From positions 122,583 to 186,582 of the forward strand of contig CAYLMU010000002.1 in the NCBI GenBank assembly GCA_964385105.1: DNA of 64,000 nucleotides, read 5' to 3'. The position numbers and the translations under genes were made by a program. The notes under the pieces are model-generated. The model worked only from the letters and a program-made list of their open reading frames with translations, was not told the DNA's origin and did not search any database. Source of the DNA: an uncultured Candidatus Saccharibacteria bacterium. GTDB taxonomy: Bacteria > Patescibacteriota > WWE3 > UBA101185 > UBA10185. Below, piece by piece: positions 9,766 to 19,389 of the stretch. Numbering within the stretch: the first letter of the stretch is position 1; the number at the start of each line of letters is the position of its first letter.

Positions 9766-11214
9766 ATGCAAAATCTAATAAATAAATATAAACAATATCA
9801 TCCAGTGCCGGATGAAGAGTTAATAAAAAAGGCCTATGATTTGGCACAACTGGCTTATTCTGATATTAAACGTTTAAACGGCGAAAACTGGCTTAATCAT
9901 GCTCTTGAAGTTGCACATGTTGTAACAGACTTAAAAATGGACACAGAAAGCATTTGTGCCGCCTTACTTCATGACAGTTATCAGTTTGGATTGACACCAA
10001 AAGAAATTGAAGACGAATTAGGTTCTGATGTTAGAGAACTTGTAGACAATATTTATAGTATGAGGTCGATTTCTACAAGAAGAACCCATGAGTTTACTGA
10101 TGAGCAATATGCTGAATATTTAAGACGTGTAATTTTGTCTATGGGAAGAGATTTAAGAGCAGTTGTAATAAGACTTGCAGATAAACTTAGTAACCTTCAC
10201 ACAGCTGATGTTCTTGATGAAAAACTAAAAAAAGAAGTTATAAATAGTGCTTTTACAGTATATGCACCGCTTGCAGATTTAGCAGGTGTTTATGAGCTAA
10301 AATGGCAGATTGAAGATGTGGCGTTTAAACATAAAAGTCCAAATGACTATAAAAAGTATAGACAAGTAATATTTGATCATATATTTGCTAAAGATATTCC
10401 TTTAAAAAAAGTAATAAATAGTTTGTACGATTTGTTATTAGAAAATGGTGTGAATGTTGTTGATATATCAGGAAGACAAAAAGCAACATACTCCTTTTAT
10501 AAAAAGGTGAATAAAAGGGTAAATAAATTGCAGTTATCTGAAGATATGGCTTTAGAGCATATTTACGACAAAGTAGCTTTTAGGGTAATAGTTGAATCGG
10601 TAGAAGATTGCTATGCAGCTTTAGACGTACTTCATCAAAATTACAATTATATCGATGAAGAATTTGATGATTATATAGCAGAACCCAAAACTAACGGGTA
10701 TAGAAGTATTCAAACCACTATAGAGCTTGAACCTTCTTATTTTTCGGAAATTCAGATTAAAACTAAAGAAATGCACGAATATAATGAATTTGGTCCAGCC
10801 AGTCATGTTTTTTATAAATTACATGGTTCGGATACTGCAATATCTACAGAAAAAATTCGCATGCTAAAGCAATTATTGCAATGGAGAGATGATATATTAG
10901 AAGAAAAGTCCCAGGTGTCAGTAAAAGATATTGCTCAGACTATTCTTGTTTTTACGCCAAAAGGAGAAGTTATTGAGTTACCTGTTGGGTCAACTCCTAT
11001 AGACTTTGCTTATGCAATTCACACCGGTATCGGAAATAAGGCCGTTCGAGCACTTGTGGACGGTAAATTACGCGGCTTAGACTACAAACTAAAAAACGGT
11101 GAGGTTGTTAAAATTGTGACCGACCCAAGAAGAACACATCCAAGCATAGACTGGTTGGGATTTGTTAAGACTAAAATCGCAAAAACCTATATTAAGAAAA
11201 ATGCCAAAAGATAA
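9766..11214 (+). CDS. rel: RelA/SpoT (p)ppGpp hydrolase/synthetase, HD-SYNTH-TGS without ACT
   Basis: AALLHD, RLADKL, GRQK, DYIAEPKTNGYRSIQT, EIQIKT, PIDFAYAIHT. Confidence 0.9.
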   Translation: MQNLINKYKQYHPVPDEELIKKAYDLAQLAYSDIKRLNGENWLNHALEVAHVVTDLKMDTESICAALLHDSYQFGLTPKEIEDELGSDVRELVDNIYSMRSISTRRTHEFTDEQYAEYLRRVILSMGRDLRAVVIRLADKLSNLHTADVLDEKLKKEVINSAFTVYAPLADLAGVYELKWQIEDVAFKHKSPNDYKKYRQVIFDHIFAKDIPLKKVINSLYDLLLENGVNVVDISGRQKATYSFYKKVNKRVNKLQLSEDMALEHIYDKVAFRVIVESVEDCYAALDVLHQNYNYIDEEFDDYIAEPKTNGYRSIQTTIELEPSYFSEIQIKTKEMHEYNEFGPASHVFYKLHGSDTAISTEKIRMLKQLLQWRDDILEEKSQVSVKDIAQTILVFTPKGEVIELPVGSTPIDFAYAIHTGIGNKAVRALVDGKLRGLDYKLKNGEVVKIVTDPRRTHPSIDWLGFVKTKIAKTYIKKNAKR

Positions 11215-11229
11215 AGCTTTTAACTTAAT

Positions 11230-11904
11230 CTATAATTGAGTAGCTGCTGAACCTTCATAGTAAAAATATTCCACTCTGGCTTCTTGTCTTTTTTGTTGCA
11301 GGTATTTTTCAAATTCTGCTTGTTGTTTTTGACTGCTTAATTGACCTCTTACGTGTTCGCGTACTTCATCTGTTACTTCAGGAAACGAAGCTTCGTTTTG
11401 TTCAATATATTGGTTCAATTCTTCGTCGGTTACTATAAAAGAAGAACCTACAAGACCTTCAAGCATCATTTGCTGTTCAATAAATTGTTCAAGGTTTTCT
11501 CGGGTCATGTTTTGATAAGAAAGAATATCCTGTAGAGTTAGCCCCTGTGTAGCGTATTGAGCTTCTATTTGCTGTATTTCTGCTTGAATTTGTTCATCTG
11601 TTACATTAACATTTCTTCGGGCAGCTTCTTGTTTTATTAATTTTTGAACGATTAAATTTTCAAGTACACTCTCTCCACCCTGTTCTTCAAGTGTTTTTAA
11701 TACTTCAAGGCGTGTAATTTGTTCTCCGTTTACGGTTGCTGCAATAAAGTAGTTTTTATATAAAAAGTAACCTCCAACACCCAATAGCACTAAAAATAAA
11801 ACTAATAGCAATTTTTTTATATTTAATTTTTTTAAGGATTTAAGTTTTGAAACTGTTAACTTACCCGATTTTTCTGTTGATTTTTCGTTGTTATTTTCTT
11901 GCAT
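11230..11904 (-). CDS. SurA/PrsA N-terminal chaperone domain protein
   Basis: N-terminal TM, AATVNGEQIT, LI.QEA..RNV.VTDEQI. Confidence 0.8.
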   Translation of the reverse strand: MQENNNEKSTEKSGKLTVSKLKSLKKLNIKKLLLVLFLVLLGVGGYFLYKNYFIAATVNGEQITRLEVLKTLEEQGGESVLENLIVQKLIKQEAARRNVNVTDEQIQAEIQQIEAQYATQGLTLQDILSYQNMTRENLEQFIEQQMMLEGLVGSSFIVTDEELNQYIEQNEASFPEVTDEVREHVRGQLSSQKQQAEFEKYLQQKRQEARVEYFYYEGSAATQL

Positions 11905-12111
11905 TAGCTTAGTATATCAGATGAATGGTAATTATATGAAATTAATTGATATCTATTGCCAGTAAAGCAAAAAGTCGGATTTCCAAATATATTTAAGAAT
12001 ATAAAAGTTAATTATATATTGTTACAATAGCACTTAACGATTTTATAAGAAAACGACGTTTTTTACTATTTTGGCATTTTAAGGTGAAAAATTATGTATA
12101 ATACTTTGGTA

Positions 12112-12258
12112 ATGAGATACAAGCCTGTCCTATTCACCTTACTTATACGACTTACAATTTTTGCCTTTTTTAATATTTCTCGTATTGCTAATTCTTCAAT
12201 AGTATTAGCTAGTGAAATCATTGCAGTGACAAGTTTACAAAATTATATAAGGAGATAG
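12112..12258 (+). CDS. Putative small hydrophobic peptide (48 aa)
   Basis: MRYKPVLFTLLIRLTIFAFF...; TATAAT at 12097-12102; its stop overlaps the SD of the next ORF. Confidence 0.3.
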   Translation: MRYKPVLFTLLIRLTIFAFFNISRIANSSIVLASEIIAVTSLQNYIRR

Positions 12259-12260
12259 TT

Positions 12261-12395
12261 ATGTACAAGAATTCTACTGTTCGGAATTCTCAGATACAGC
12301 AAATCCTAAGACTGCTTTTTCCCGGTTGGGTACTGCAGCCTGCTCCGGTTCGTCGCGATACTCAGCCTGGTAGACGTGCACCTAGGAATCTTTAG
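12261..12395 (+). CDS. Putative small protein (44 aa)
   Basis: AAGGAG 6 nt before ATG; MYKNSTVRNSQIQQILRLLFPGWVLQPAPVRRDTQPGRRAPRNL. Confidence 0.5.
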   Translation: MYKNSTVRNSQIQQILRLLFPGWVLQPAPVRRDTQPGRRAPRNL

Positions 12396-12467
12396 AGAAC
12401 TAGCGTTTATTTAATATAATGTAATTCACACTCGTATAGTTTTTGTTGATAAGTAAACCTCTAAATT

Positions 12468-12544
12468 TGGTGGGCTCCACAGGATTCGAACCTGTGACCT
12501 CTTCAATGTCACTGAAGCGCTCTAACCAGCTGAGCTAGGAGCCC
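12468..12544 (-). tRNA. tRNA-Val(GAC)
   Basis: Cloverleaf, GGTTCGAATCC T-arm, anticodon GAC, encoded CCA. Confidence 0.95.
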
Positions 12545-12580
12545 CTACCGCTATGCAATACTTAAAATAATATAACCTAA

Positions 12581-12600
12581 GTGCCGGATTTCTCCGGCAC
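12581..12600. terminator. GC-rich hairpin downstream of clpP
   Basis: GTGCCGGA-TTTC-TCCGGCAC 8-bp perfect stem. Confidence 0.55.
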
Positions 12601-12621
12601 CCATATTTTAACTTACTTTTC

Positions 12622-13236
12622 TTATTTTTGCTTATTGGATTTATTTATTTTTTGTGGGTCGAGTATGTCATCAATTACGCCGTATTCTTTTGACTCTGTT
12701 GCATCCATCCATTTATCGCGCTCAATATCTTCAAGAACTTTTTCAAGCTTTTGTCCCGATTCTTCAGCAATTATCTGTGCATATTGTTGTTTTAGCTTAA
12801 TCATTTGTCTAGCAGTAATTTCCACGTCGGTGGCTTGTCCTTCAATTCCCCCTAAAGTTTGGTGAATCATAGAATAAGCTCCCGGTAATGAAAATCTTTT
12901 GCCTTTTGTGCCTGCAGATAAAATTAAGGCACCTGCGGAAGCTGCAAGTCCTACGTTTATCGTCGATACCTCGTTTTTAACGTGTTTTATCGTGTCATAC
13001 ATTGCACGACCTGCGTATGCCCCACCCCCCGGTGAGTTAATATAAATGTTTATATCTCTTTCAGGATTTTCGCTTTGCAAAAACAACATTTGCGCAATAA
13101 AAGTATTTGCCACTCCATCATCAATAGGGCCTGTAACAAAAACAATAAAATCCTTTAATAATCTTGAATAAATGTCGTAAGATCGCTCGAAACCTCTAGG
13201 GTCTTTTTCTACGACAACGGGTACTAAAATACTCAT
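12622..13236 (-). CDS. clpP: ATP-dependent Clp protease proteolytic subunit
   Basis: YDIYSRLLKD, YINSPGG, AASAG, MIHQ. Confidence 0.97.
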   Translation of the reverse strand: MSILVPVVVEKDPRGFERSYDIYSRLLKDFIVFVTGPIDDGVANTFIAQMLFLQSENPERDINIYINSPGGGAYAGRAMYDTIKHVKNEVSTINVGLAASAGALILSAGTKGKRFSLPGAYSMIHQTLGGIEGQATDVEITARQMIKLKQQYAQIIAEESGQKLEKVLEDIERDKWMDATESKEYGVIDDILDPQKINKSNKQK

Positions 13237-13238
13237 AG

Positions 13239-14192
13239 TTAATCCTCCTTTTTAGATTCAACTTTACCACTTTCATCAGCCACATCTTCTTTTTGTTCGT
13301 TGTGGCTGTGCTCACCTTCAATATCTTTTGCGATTTTATTAATTAACTTATTCTTTTCAAGAACACTTTTAATGTACATAATCTGTCTTGGGTCTCTCAT
13401 CGATTCTCTCAATTGCTCATCACCTGACGCATCAATCATTTCGCTTACTTCTTCGTCGGTTACTTCAATTTTTTCTACTTCAATTAAGTGTGACAGTGCC
13501 AATTCAGCTTTCAAATTTCTTTCGGCTACTTGTCCATATTCATATCGCAGTTGTTCTGATGTTTTATTTTGAGCTTTTAAATACTGCTCTAGCGATAATC
13601 CAACAGATTGAGCCTGATCCACTAATCTTGACATCATTCTATCTATTTCATCATCTTTTATAATGTCTGCAATTTCCACATCAGTTACTTTAGTAATCGC
13701 ATTTATTACGTCATCAGCAGTTAAATGCGCATTGTCATGTTCAAGCTTTTCGCCGCGTTTTAATCTTTCTTCATTCTGCTTTCTTAATTCTTTGGTTTTT
13801 TCTTCATGTACTTTTTTAACTTCAGCATTGTAATCCCCTACTTTTATTTCAGGTTTTACAGCTACAGTAGCAATAAACTCAAAATCCTTTTCAAGATCAA
13901 ACTCAGTTATTTCTACATGAGGATTTGATATGGGATGAATATGATTTTCTTTTAGTGCTTGCGGATAGTGTGTTTGGAGCAGGTTATTAATTACCTCCCC
14001 ATAAAGTTTTGAAACATCAACCTTTTCTTTTACCATTTCTGCAGGCGCCTGACCTTTTCTGAATCCCGGCATTTCAGTGTTTTTCACTACTTCGTTAAAA
14101 AGTTTGTCGTATGTTTGTTTAACTTTTTCATTTGGTACCGAAACCTTCAATTCTATTGTTGATTTTGGTAGTATTTTTACTTCTACTTTCAT
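13239..14192 (-). CDS. tig: Trigger factor (short, apparently lacking the PPIase domain)
   Basis: PGFRKGQAP ribosome-binding motif; tig-clpP order. Confidence 0.9.
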   Translation of the reverse strand: MKVEVKILPKSTIELKVSVPNEKVKQTYDKLFNEVVKNTEMPGFRKGQAPAEMVKEKVDVSKLYGEVINNLLQTHYPQALKENHIHPISNPHVEITEFDLEKDFEFIATVAVKPEIKVGDYNAEVKKVHEEKTKELRKQNEERLKRGEKLEHDNAHLTADDVINAITKVTDVEIADIIKDDEIDRMMSRLVDQAQSVGLSLEQYLKAQNKTSEQLRYEYGQVAERNLKAELALSHLIEVEKIEVTDEEVSEMIDASGDEQLRESMRDPRQIMYIKSVLEKNKLINKIAKDIEGEHSHNEQKEDVADESGKVESKKED

Positions 14193-14364
14193 AAGCCAGT
14201 TCATTTTAGCATAGGTCGGTTGAGATTGCTAATATTTATTGTATTGCAAATAACCTACGACAGTTGATGGTTATAGGTTATTGTGGTAAGATTCTTGTGT
14301 TAACAATTCACCAGGCGAATCTCTCAAAATTAGTGAATTTTCGCCACATATAGGAGAGTTTATA

Positions 14365-14538
14365 ATGTCTAAAAAGAAATCGAGTTCAGAAAAGAAGGAA
14401 CGTGGTTGGAGCTGGAGGAACAATATTTATGAGCAGATACGCCGACCAAGTTGGTCAGTTGATGAAGCAACCGGTCAAGTGGTAGAAAGAGATAGTTCTC
14501 CGTCAACTCCTACCAAATCCGGTAGTTCTTCCACGTAG
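14365..14538 (+). CDS. Putative small protein (57 aa)
   Basis: AGGAG SD; MSKKKSSSEKKERGWSWRNNIYEQIRRPSWSVDEATGQVVERDSS...; followed by a hairpin. Confidence 0.55.
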   Translation: MSKKKSSSEKKERGWSWRNNIYEQIRRPSWSVDEATGQVVERDSSPSTPTKSGSSST

Positions 14539-14553
14539 ATTCTGATTCTTGCG

Positions 14554-14599
14554 CCTAGGTTTTTTGTGGTTTAAATAAAGATATCGCAAAAAGCCTAGG
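14554..14599 (+). terminator. Long hairpin after the 57-aa ORF
   Basis: CCTAGGTTTTTTGTGGT...ATCGCAAAAAGCCTAGG with G-U pairs on the + strand. Confidence 0.5.
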
Positions 14600-14612
14600 T
14601 CAAATTATAATC

Positions 14613-14834
14613 ATGTCAAATAACTTCGACAGATATAAATCAAAAAAAATAAAAAAAATCCTGCACAACATAAACTCACCGCTTACTACAATTAGCGGGT
14701 ACGCCGGCCTACTTCAAAAAAAGCATAATCCTGAATGGGCGGCTATCATAAAAAGTGAAACACAAAGAATTATTGATATGATTAATGAGCTGCAAGGTGA
14801 ATTTGAAGATACCGGTGAAAATGATGAGAAATGA
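14613..14834 (+). CDS. Stand-alone HisKA/DHp domain protein
   Basis: LHNINSPLTTISGYAGLL H-box...IKSETQRIIDMINEL; no ATPase domain. Confidence 0.7.
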   Translation: MSNNFDRYKSKKIKKILHNINSPLTTISGYAGLLQKKHNPEWAAIIKSETQRIIDMINELQGEFEDTGENDEK

Positions 14835-14846
14835 AATGAACCAAAT

Positions 14847-15524
14847 TTACTTCTGATCTTTTAATATATATCCAAAACCTCTAACCGAGTGAATTAATTT
14901 AGGATCATATTCTTCGTCTATTTTTTTACGCAAGTAGCTAATATAGACGTCAACTACTCGTGTTTCAATGTCAAAAGCATTATCCCAGATTTTGTTTAAC
15001 AAAACTTCGCGTGACAAGACTTTTTCTTTATTTAAGAGTAAATAGTTTAATAATTTGTATTCTTGAGGAGTTAAATCTATTTTATTGTTGCTTCTTTTAA
15101 CTTCCATGGTGTTGGTGTTCATCTCAAGATCAGCCGCTTTTAAAAGTTCTGAACCTGCTGCTGTTGACTTAATTCGTGCTTTAATTCTTAAAATAAGCTC
15201 TTCTGCTTCAAAAGGTTTTGTCATGTAGTCATCTGCACCTGATTCAAAAAGTGCTCTTTTAGCTTCAATTTCGGATTTACCTGTTAAAACAATTATAGGA
15301 AGTTCAGAGTACAGGTTTTTTACTTGTTTACAAACTGATTCGCCTTTTATGGTTGGAAGTTCAAGGTCTAAAATTACAATGTCGGGGCTTGTTTTTTCAA
15401 CCACATCAAGCACATCAATACCATCATTAAGAGTTTGTGTTAAAAAACCCTCGGCAGTTAACAGGTCTTTTAGGTATTTTTGAAGCTTAACATCGTCTTC
15501 AACTATTAAGACAAGCTTATTCAT
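14847..15524 (-). CDS. OmpR/PhoB-family response regulator
   Basis: VEDD, DIVILD, GADDYMTKPF, VVDVYISYLRKKID, VRGFGY. Confidence 0.95.
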   Translation of the reverse strand: MNKLVLIVEDDVKLQKYLKDLLTAEGFLTQTLNDGIDVLDVVEKTSPDIVILDLELPTIKGESVCKQVKNLYSELPIIVLTGKSEIEAKRALFESGADDYMTKPFEAEELILRIKARIKSTAAGSELLKAADLEMNTNTMEVKRSNNKIDLTPQEYKLLNYLLLNKEKVLSREVLLNKIWDNAFDIETRVVDVYISYLRKKIDEEYDPKLIHSVRGFGYILKDQK

Positions 15525-15564
15525 GAGCCACATATTACATTATTTACCTTATTTACACAAATTC

Positions 15565-15959
15565 TTAGGTGTATCTTATATTATTGGCATTAGTGGTGAT
15601 AAGTATATCTTTTACATCATCCAGCTCAATTGGCCCGAGCCGAATTAATAACATAGAATACCCTTCTTTTAATTTTTTTTGGTGGCTGATTCATATTGAT
15701 CAAAAAAGTTAACGGATCTTAAGGCTTTTACTAGACTGTTGTCTTTGTCACGTTGATAACAAATTGCAGGTGCTAAAGGTCCGCTTATATAAACTTTTCC
15801 TGCTTCTTTTGAGCTAAAAGTCTTTGCATTCCTAAATAGTGAATTTTTAGTAATAATTGAAATGTCCGCACCGGTATATCCCCCATCGTATAATTTTTTG
15901 ATGGCTTTTTTTATGTCATCATAAGATTTGTACCATCCATATAGATGTTGCACGTACAT
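15565..15959 (-). pseudogene. General stress protein (YflT/17M-like) interrupted by a frameshift in an A8 run
   Basis: DISIITK and GPLA motifs; after the A-run at 15673-15680 another frame continues LKEGYSMLLIR...VKDILITTNANNIRYT, matching the tail of the paralog at 55637. Confidence 0.6.
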
Positions 15960-16414
15960 TACACCTCTTCTTGATTAATAAAATATATACTTTTTTGTAT
16001 CTGATCTAGTGTGTCTAAGGATTCATCTGTATTGTTATTTGAAACATTGTTTTCAAGTAAATCAAATTGCGCATTTAGATTATGAAGTTCTGCTTCCCAC
16101 ACAGGATCTTTTGCAGAATCAACTGAAAGATATTCAATATTTTTTCTTATGTTGGAAATCTTTTCGGACGTATCTGATGATATTCCATCTCTTTCAATAT
16201 CATTGTGCAAAGTAGAAATCTCTATATTTATAATGTTCTGTACCGCCACTTTATTTACTCTTTCCTGAACAATAAGCTTGGTGTGCTCAAATTGGTAATT
16301 TGATTTGCTATAAAACCTTTTAATAAATCCTTCAATATCCTCAGATTTAGCTAGTGCATGTTTCTGAAGTACAAATGAAAATATTAGTGTAAATACAATA
16401 AATTTTTTGTACAT
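15959..16414 (-). CDS. Secreted hypothetical protein
   Basis: Signal peptide ending ALA; AGGAGG SD; helical. Confidence 0.7.
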   Translation of the reverse strand: MYKKFIVFTLIFSFVLQKHALAKSEDIEGFIKRFYSKSNYQFEHTKLIVQERVNKVAVQNIINIEISTLHNDIERDGISSDTSEKISNIRKNIEYLSVDSAKDPVWEAELHNLNAQFDLLENNVSNNNTDESLDTLDQIQKSIYFINQEEV

Positions 16415-16492
16415 ATTCCTCCTTTTCCATTGATATTAAGAGTTATATGTTATATGTAATTAATACCTACGTTAAGGGATTGTTAGAGTAGT

Positions 16493-16864
16493 TTAGCTTA
16501 GGTTTTGTTCGACCAAATCAACTAATGCGTCAATATCAAAAGGTTTTTTTAAGTATGAGTTGGCTTTTGCATCCTGATATTTTTTATCAAGATGCATATC
16601 CGCCGACATCAAAATAACGGGAATTTTTTGAAAATCTTCGTCATTTTTAAGATTTCTGCATACATCTATTCCGCTTTCACCTGATAGTAATATATCAAGC
16701 AAAATTAAATCAGGTTTTGTAATACTTAATATTTGCATTAGTTTTTTACTGTTTTCAAAAATTCGTGTTTCATACCCCGCTTCTTTAAGCACAATGTCTA
16801 CTGCATCCAAAATTGGTTTGTCATCATCAACTATCCAGACTTTTTTTGTTTTACTAATTGGCAT
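16493..16864 (-). CDS. Single-domain response regulator (CheY-like)
   Basis: VDDD, PDLILLD, MSA, KPF. Confidence 0.92.
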   Translation of the reverse strand: MPISKTKKVWIVDDDKPILDAVDIVLKEAGYETRIFENSKKLMQILSITKPDLILLDILLSGESGIDVCRNLKNDEDFQKIPVILMSADMHLDKKYQDAKANSYLKKPFDIDALVDLVEQNLS

Positions 16865-18566
16865 TGGTTAATGTAAACGAAAACGTGGAGCCTTCCCCTT
16901 GGACGCTTTCAACCCAAATGTCCTCATTATGACGTTTTAAAATTTCATACGATATATATAATCCAATACCAAGCCCTGCATACGTTGATTGATCCTGGCC
17001 TTCTACACGATAAAACTTTTGAAATAACAATTTTTGATGCTCGGGAGATATTCCTATTCCATGGTCAATAACACTGATAATTGTTTTATTGTTGTTTTTT
17101 GATTGTGTGATTTTAACGATAATATCTTTATTAGTTCTAGAATATTTTATTGCATTGTTAACCAAATTATTCAAAACCTGGCCTATTCTGTATTTGTCAC
17201 ACTCGACCATAATATTGGTATTACCTTCTACCCTAATATCATAATCTTCAGAAAGTGTTTTTATGTCAGAAATGGTCTCATCTACAATTTCATAAAGTTT
17301 TATTGGTTGTTTATTAAGTTCCAGTTTTCCTAATTGAATTTTTGATACATCAAGCAAGTCTTCAACCAAATGATTTAGTCTATCTACTTGATTATTTATT
17401 CTTCTTAAGTAATTTTTGGCTTTTAAGTCTTTAGTTTTGCTAAAATGTTTTTCAAGTAATTGTGTAAATGCTTTAACACTCGTTAGTGGGGTTTTTAGTT
17501 CATGGCTTGCTATACTAATAAATTCATCTTTGCGCTTTTCTTCTACTTTATTTTTTGTAATATCAGTCATTACATTTACTGCATATAAAACATTGTTGCT
17601 TGTGTCTCTAATGGGTCTTGCTTTAACAATAGTCCAAAATTCCTGTTTTGTTTTTGTGTCAAAATATCTTAATATTTTTTCTGTTTTTTCAGCGCCTTGA
17701 ATCACTTTTCTCCCCGGTAAGTCAGAAATTGTAACCGGTTTGCCGGATTCATCATATATTTCAAACCTTTTAATTTTAGATGAAAGCTCAATTGTATCTG
17801 CATTTACCATTTCTTGTGCATCCGAAAATCCACATAGACGTGCTGCAACATCGTTTGCAAATACAATTTTTCCTTGGGTATTTTGTACCGTTATGCCATC
17901 AGCGATGCTTTGTAAAATAATTTCAAGTTGTGTGTTTGATCTTTTAAGCTCATCTTCAATTCTTTTTCTTTCATCAATCTCATCTTTTGCTTGTTTATAT
18001 AATTTGGCGTTGCGAATTGCCTGTGCAGCTTTAGTAGCAAATACTTGCGCCAGCTCATAATCTTCGTCAGTGTACTGTACTGGGGCTTCACGTGCAAAGC
18101 TTATGGCACCTATAGATTCATTGTCTACAATAATGGGTAAAATCATCACACTGCCTAAATTTAATTTTAAAATCATTTCGTAATGCTTTTTATCCTTGGC
18201 AGCTGATTTAAGCATCTCATCCTTAATGTCAGGAAAAAATATTCCCTTTTTTGTTTTCATCACTTGATAGGTACCGCCATCCTGGTTCGTATCGGGGTAC
18301 ATTTTTCGAAGTTTATTAAGAAGTTCAATGTTTTGTTTTTCTGAATGCACTAAGGCAATTTCTTCCAAACTTCCACTCTCATCAAGTACATTAATCGCAC
18401 ACCAATCTGCCAAATATGGAACCATCAAATCTGCTATATTTTGCAAAGTATCCTTGTAGTCTAAAGTGGATAATAGCAATTTGCCTGCTTCCATTAAGTA
18501 TTCAGCTGTAGAATGAAAGTCCCTAATGTGAGTATCTTTCACCTTCTTAAGGTTTTTACCCGCCAC
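16854..18566 (-). CDS. Cytoplasmic GAF-PAS sensor histidine kinase
   Basis: ADWCAI GAF, PAS, ASHELKTPLT, NAIKYS, DHGIGI, GLGIGL. Confidence 0.93.
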   Translation of the reverse strand: MAGKNLKKVKDTHIRDFHSTAEYLMEAGKLLLSTLDYKDTLQNIADLMVPYLADWCAINVLDESGSLEEIALVHSEKQNIELLNKLRKMYPDTNQDGGTYQVMKTKKGIFFPDIKDEMLKSAAKDKKHYEMILKLNLGSVMILPIIVDNESIGAISFAREAPVQYTDEDYELAQVFATKAAQAIRNAKLYKQAKDEIDERKRIEDELKRSNTQLEIILQSIADGITVQNTQGKIVFANDVAARLCGFSDAQEMVNADTIELSSKIKRFEIYDESGKPVTISDLPGRKVIQGAEKTEKILRYFDTKTKQEFWTIVKARPIRDTSNNVLYAVNVMTDITKNKVEEKRKDEFISIASHELKTPLTSVKAFTQLLEKHFSKTKDLKAKNYLRRINNQVDRLNHLVEDLLDVSKIQLGKLELNKQPIKLYEIVDETISDIKTLSEDYDIRVEGNTNIMVECDKYRIGQVLNNLVNNAIKYSRTNKDIIVKITQSKNNNKTIISVIDHGIGISPEHQKLLFQKFYRVEGQDQSTYAGLGIGLYISYEILKRHNEDIWVESVQGEGSTFSFTLTNAN

Positions 18567-18648
18567 GAGGTTATTATAGTACGTATGTGTATTAGAAAAA
18601 AGTTAAGGGTTTGTAAGAAAATTTAAAGTATGAGTTTTGGAACTTTTA

Positions 18649-18733
18649 TGGTGGGCGAGGTGGGAGTCGAACCCACACCCCTTGCGGGACACGGTCCTAA
18701 GCCGTGCGCGTATGCCAGTTCCGCCACTCGCCC
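18649..18733 (-). tRNA. tRNA-Leu(TAG)
   Basis: Cloverleaf with long variable arm, anticodon TAG, CCA. Confidence 0.95.
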
Positions 18734-18756
18734 AAGGTAATTTGTACCGGCGGAAA

Positions 18757-19389
18757 CTATTTTACCACTAATTTAGGGGAATTTTCTTTGTTATTTATAT
18801 TTTCTATTTCGTTCATAAACTTTGTTACGCCTTTAAGCCAGTTATGAGGATTTGGCGGTGTATAAACTCTTGCCATTTTTTCAGGTGTATCTAGGCCTTT
18901 TGCAGTATAACCATCATGAATACCTTTACCTACTTTTTCAATTCCTTCTTCAAATGAATTAAAATATATGGCATTGTTACCATGTATCCCCCATCCCCAG
19001 CAATTATATGATTTAGGCAGAATTCTTTTACAAAACGTTGATTCCATTCCCGCAATTGCTGGAAGCAGTCGATAATCGAGGTTGTATTTATCGGCTACTT
19101 CAATAAAAACTTTACTTTTTCCTTTTAGTGGGGAATCATACTTTTCAAATAGTGCTTCGAGTGATTCTTCCCTGTTTATTTCTTTGTATTCAATGTAGTG
19201 GTCGGCAATTACTGCCTTTGTCGCCGGAGGGTCTGCTTCTTCGTCGGCGTTTGATTCATCATCTTCGCTTTGAACAAGTTGTAATGGCAGTATTTTAGCT
19301 TCTGCCATATTGTTATGCACAATACCCGATACAAAAGCAAATGTTGCCATACTAATAACAAATATATTATGTTTATTTACGTAATTCAT
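18757..19389 (-). CDS. Secreted lysozyme-like/glucosaminidase-domain protein
   Basis: Signal peptide; AIAGMEST...YNCWGWG...YTPP. Confidence 0.7.
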   Translation of the reverse strand: MNYVNKHNIFVISMATFAFVSGIVHNNMAEAKILPLQLVQSEDDESNADEEADPPATKAVIADHYIEYKEINREESLEALFEKYDSPLKGKSKVFIEVADKYNLDYRLLPAIAGMESTFCKRILPKSYNCWGWGIHGNNAIYFNSFEEGIEKVGKGIHDGYTAKGLDTPEKMARVYTPPNPHNWLKGVTKFMNEIENINNKENSPKLVVK

